Shown one piece after another: positions 55,301 through 61,300 of a DNA stretch of 64,000 nucleotides. The translations under genes and the position numbers were made by a program. Below the pieces are notes generated by a model, which did no database searches, was not told the DNA's origin, and saw only the letters and a program-made list of their open reading frames with translations. The stretch covers positions 20,708,001 to 20,772,000 of the forward strand of contig CM068751.1 of NCBI GenBank assembly GCA_035084275.1. Reading direction: 5' to 3'. The DNA is from Hydrolagus colliei. Lineage: Eukaryota. Each line of letters begins with the position of its first letter. Position 1 is the stretch's first letter.

Positions 55301-58300
55301 CTTGGGATGTTGGTGAGCTGCGTGTTGACAAATCTGTAATAATGTACGGAGTGGATGTTCCAATGGTGGAGTATGTGGTACTGAATGGTGTTGGAAGTTT
55401 TGTCATCGTGAAAATCGTTGTCCTTTGTATACCTGCAAAGGAGAAATAACACACAGTGTATCTATTGCTTTTGGGAAGATATTACGAAGCAGATATTTAA
55501 ATGGTGCATCTAATTGCCTTATTTTATCTAATTGGTGACACTGCAGTAAAGATCATGCCCAGGAATAGACCATCCACCCTGTCAAGCCCGCTCTACCATC
55601 TTGTTACATTATTGTTGAAATGCAATTTAACACTATTTTCACTTCTAATGCTTGCTACTTTTCCACCACATTTGTCAAAACAAAAGAAATGTTAATTTCT
55701 TAATTCAAACATGAATAACCTGAATCTGCATTTAAAGGATTCACTTCACAATTGCGGGGAAATTCAATGTGAATGTACTTTTAATAAATTTATTTGCAAT
55801 TTTGGTTGAATTGTGATACATGATAACTGTCTTGGAATCTTTCCTACCTGTTGTTTCAGCTCTTGACGTTGTGGAAGGGCTCAGAGTTGCAGATGATTTT
55901 GTTGACGAGCTTGATTTGGATGTCCTGGTTGGTGTAATTTTTGCTATGGATTTCATGAAACATTCAGAAATATTGTTGAAAAAACAGCCTTGCACATTCC
56001 TCAATATCAAACACGAGGACTATTATAAATAAAGCCAAATGGGGAAAAGTCCCAGCACCTTGGGGACGTCCTCCCATGGTGAAAGGCACTCTAGAAATGT
56101 CAATTTGTTGGCAACATTTACGTGGACAATACAACTAAATTGTGGATTTATTGTTCATGGTGCAGATAAAAGTTTCAGAACAAAAGCATCTGGGACAGCA
56201 AAGCCCAACTCTCCCGAATGGAAACCATCAAGTGAATAGTGTTGGTACCTGTTGTTTTCCTGGTGGAAGATGGAATTGTTGTGGAAGGGATTGCAATTGT
56301 AGATGGTTCTACTGTGGTGGCTTCAGTTGTAGCAATTGATGTTGTGACAATTTCTGCTGCAAAGATGGTTCAAAATGTGAACAAGAAAAACTTGTGTTCT
56401 TAGTGATCAATTGAGAGATGCTCTCAGACATGGCTTCATATATAGAGGAAAACCAAGATGCAGACACTGATGTAAAACAAGCAAACATGTGGGACACCAA
56501 AGGCGAACTCTCCCAAATGGAAACAAAGTAAATAGTGTTGTTACCTATTGTTTCCAACGTGGAAGGTGGAATTGTTGTCGAAAGGATTGCAGGTGTGGAT
56601 GGTTCTACTGTGCTGGCATCAGTTGTGGCAATTGATGTGGAGCCTATTTCTCCTGCAACGTTGATTCAAAAAGAGATTGATGAAGCGTGTCTTTTTATTG
56701 AATTTAATATGGTATTGTGGACATTTACTGTTCAGTATCCAGTAAGATATTTTGTTTGGCAAATAGGTAGGCATTCATCACATGTGATGTTTGAGCTGTT
56801 GCTGCAGATGAAGTGATCACATTTGTAGATGTGTGTACTAATACCCCTGATTCCATAATAATATTTGCTACTGATATGGCAGCAAATATAAGGAAATAGT
56901 GTAGTTGGTAAAATCAGTGAATTGAAAAATTCAGATGCATTGACCCACATGTGGAGCCAAATGTCCGTGAAGCCAATAATGTAAAATAGGCCAATATTTG
57001 TAACTGGAAAGGCCAACTGTCCCAAATGGAAATCAGCAAGTGAATAGTGTTGGTACCTGTTGTTTCCCTGGTAGAAGATGGAATTGTTGTGGAAGAGATT
57101 GCAGTTGTAGATGGTTCTACTGTGGTTGTTTCAGATGTTACAGTTAATGTTGAGTCTGTTTCTGCTGCAAAGATGATGCAAAATGTGAAAAAGAAAAACA
57201 GCTGCTCTTATTCATGGCGTGGGAGATGCTCTCAGTCATGGCTTCATATGTAGCGCCAAACCAAGATAAAGGCACTAACGTAAAAGAAGCAAACATAAGC
57301 GACACCAAAGCGCAACTCTTCCATTAAGTGAATAGTATTCCTACCTGTTGTTTCCAAGGTGGAAGGTGGAATTGTTGTCGAAAGGATTGCAGCTGTGGAT
57401 GGTTCTACTGTGCTAGCTTCAGTTGTGGCAATTGATGTTGTGACAATTTCTGCTGCAAATATGATTGGAAATGTGAATCAGATCTGCTCTTATTGATTCT
57501 TATGCTGTATTGGGCAACATCACAGATCAAGTAAATTATGATGTTTGCCCAATACATAGGCATTCACAATACGTGATTTTAGAGCTTGTGCTGCAGATGA
57601 TGAGATTACATGTGTAGATGTGAGTGCGCTAATTACTATTGATAGTGTTTGTACCTGTTGTTTCCCTGGTGGAAGATGGAATTGTTGTGGAAGGGATTAA
57701 AGTTGTAGATGGTTCTTCTGTGGTTGCTTCAGTTGTGGCAATTGATGTTGTGACAATTTCTGCTGCAAAGATGGTTCAAAATGTGAATAAGATAAACTCA
57801 TGTTCTTAGTGATCAAATGAGAGATGCTCACAGACATGGCATCATATATAGAGGAAAACCAAGAGGAAGCCACTAACATAAAACAAGCAAACATATGGGA
57901 CACCAAAGGTCTACTCTCCCATTAAGTGAACAGTGTTGGTACCTGTTGTTTCCCTGGTGGAAGATGGAATTGTTGTGGAAAGGGTTGCAGTTGTAGATGG
58001 TTCTACTGTGGTGGCTTCAGCTGTGGCAATTGATGTTGTGACAATTTCTGCTGCAAAGATGGTTGAAAATGTGAATAAGAAAAACAAGTGTTCTTGTTGA
58101 TCAAGTGGGAGATTCTCTCAGACATGGTTTCATATGTAGAGCAAAACCAAGATGATGCAACATATGTAAGGCAAGCAAACATGTGGGACATCATAGCTCA
58201 AATCTCCCAAATGGAAACCATCAAGTGAATAGTGTTGGTACCTGTTGTTTGCAAGGTGGAAGGTGGAATTGTTGTGGAAGGGATTGCAGTTGTGGATGGT

Positions 58301-61300
58301 TCTACTGTGCTGGCTTCAGTTGTGGCAATTGATGTTGTGACAATTTCTGCTGCAAAGATGGTTTAAATGGGAATAAGATAAACAGATGCACGTATTGATC
58401 AAGTGTGAGATGCTCTCAGACATGGCTTCATATATCGAACAAAACCAAGATGAAGCCACTGATGTAAAACAAGCAAACACATGGGACACCAAAGTTCAAC
58501 TCTCCCATCAAGTGAATTGTGTTGGTACCTGTTGTTTCCAAGGTGGAAGGTGGAATTGTTGTGGAAGGGATTGCAGTTGTAGATGGTTCTACTGTGCTGG
58601 CTTCAGTTGTGGCAATTGATATTGTGACAATTTCTGCTGCAAATATGATTAAAAATGTGAAAAATGATTAAAAAAATGATACGCTTTTATTGATCAAATG
58701 AGAGATGCTCTCAGACATGGCTTTATATATAGAGCAAAACCAAGATGAAGCCACTGAAGTAAAACAAGCCAGCATGTGAGAAACCAAAGCCCAAGTGTCC
58801 CAAACAGAATCCATCAAGTGAATAGTGTTGCTACTTGTTGTTTCCCTGGTGGAAGATAGAATTGTTGTGGAAGGGATTGAAATTGTAGATGGTTCTACTG
58901 TGGTGGCTTCAGTTGTGGCAATCGATGATGTGACATTTTCTGTTGCAAAGATGGTTCAAAACGTGAACAAGAAAAACAAGTGTTCTTGTTGATCAAGTGG
59001 GAGATGCTCTCAGACATGGTTTCATATGTAGAGCAAAACAAGATGATGCAACATATGTAAGGCAAGCAAACATGCTTGCCTTACATATGCCCCTGATTCC
59101 ATAATAACATTTGAAACTGATATGGCAGCAAATATCAGGAAATAGTGTAGTTGGTAAAATCAGTGAATTAAAACGATCAGATACCCACGTGTGGAGCCAA
59201 ATGTCCATGAAGCCAATAATGTAAAATAGGCCAATATTTGGGACATCATAGCTCAAATCTCCCAAATGGAAACCATCAAGTGAATAGTGTTGGTACCTGT
59301 TGTTTCCAAGGTGGAAGGTGGAATTGTTGTGGAAGGGATTGCAGTTGTGGATGGTTCTACTGTGCTGGCTTCAGTTATGGCACTTGATGTTGTGACAATT
59401 TCTGCTGCAAAGATGATTCAAAATGTGAATCAGACAAACAGTTGCTCTTATTGATTCTTATGCTGTATTGGGCAACATCACAGATCAAGTAAATTCGGAT
59501 GTTTGGCAAATACATAGGCATTCACAAAATGTGATGTTAAAGCTTGTGATGCAGATGAAGAGATTACATGTGTAGATGTGAGTGCGCTAATTACTGTTGG
59601 TAGTGTTAGTACCTGTTGTTTCCAAGTTGGAAGGTGGAATTGTTGTAGAAGGGATTGTAGTTGTGGATGGTTCTACTGTGCTGGCTTCAGTTGTGGCAAT
59701 TGATGTTGTGACAATTGCTGCTGTAAAGATGATTCAAAATGTGAATAATTTTAATAAAAACATATGCTCTCATTGATCAAATGAGTGATGCTCTCAGCCA
59801 AGGCTTCATGTATAGAGGAAAACCAAGATATAGCCACTAGTGTAAAACAAGCAAACATGTGGGACACCAAAGGCCAACTATCCCAAATGGAAACCAAGTA
59901 AATAGTGTTGTTACCTGTTGTTTCCAAGCTGGAAGGTGGAATTGTTGTCGAAAGGATTGCAGTTGTGGATGGTTCTACTGTGCTGGCATCAGTTGTGGCA
60001 ATTGATGTGGAGCCTATTTCTCCTGCAACGTTGATTCAAAAAGAGATTGAAGAAGCGGGACTTTTTATTGAATTTAATATGGTATTGTGGACATTTACTG
60101 TTCAGTATCCAGTAAGATATTTTGTTTGGCAAATAAGTAGGCATTCATCACATGTGATGTTTGAGCTGTTGCTGCAGATGAAGTGATCACATTTGTAGAT
60201 GTGTGTACTAATACACCTGATTCCATAATAATATTTGCTACTGATATGGCAGCAAATATCAGGAAATAGTGTAGTTGGTAAAATCACTGAATTGAAAAAT
60301 TCAGATGCATTGACCCACATGTGGAGCCAAATGTCTGTGAAGCCAACAATGTCAAATAGGCCAATATTTGTAACTGGAAAGGCCAACTCTCCCAAATGGA
60401 AATCAGCAAGTAAATAGTATTGGTACCTATTGTTTCCCTGGTAGAATATGGAATTGTTGTGGAAGAGATTGCAGTTGTAGATGGTTCTACTGTGGTTGTT
60501 TCAGATGTTACAATTAAGGTTGAGTCTGTTTCTGCTGCAAACATGATGCAAAATGTGAAAAAGAAAAACAGCTGCTCTTATTCATGAAGTGGGAGATGCT
60601 CTCAGTCATGGCTTCATATGTAGCGCAAAACCAAGATAAAGGCACTAACGTAAAACAAGCAAACATAAGGGAAACCAAAGACCAACTCTCCCATTAATTG
60701 AATAGTATTCCTTCCTGTTGTTTCCAAGGTGGAAGGTGGAATTGTTGTGGAAGGGATTGCAGTTGTGGATGGTTCTACTGTGCTGGCTTCAGTTGTGGCA
60801 ATTGATGTTGTGACAATTTCTGCTGTAAATATGATTGGAAATGTGAAACAGACACACAGCTGCTCTTATTGATTCTTATGCTGTATTGGGCAACATCACA
60901 GATCAAGTAAATTATGATGTTTGGCCAATACATAGGCATTCACAATGCGTGATCTTAGAGCTTGTGCTGCAGATGATGAGATTACATGTGTAGATGTGAG
61001 TGCGCTAATTACTATTGATAGTGTTAGTACGTGTTGTTTCTCTGGTGGCAGATGGAATTGTTGTGGAAGGGATTAAAGTTGTAGATGGTTCTACTGTGGT
61101 TGCTTCAGTTGTGGCAATTGATGTTGTGACAATTTCTGCTGCAAAGATGGTTCAAAATGTGAATAAGATAAACTCGTGTTCTTAGCGATCAAATGAGAGA
61201 TGCTCACAGACATGGCTTCATATATAGAGGAAAACCAAGATGAAGCCACTAACATAAAAGAAGCAAACATATGGGACACCAAAGGCCTACTCTCCCATGA

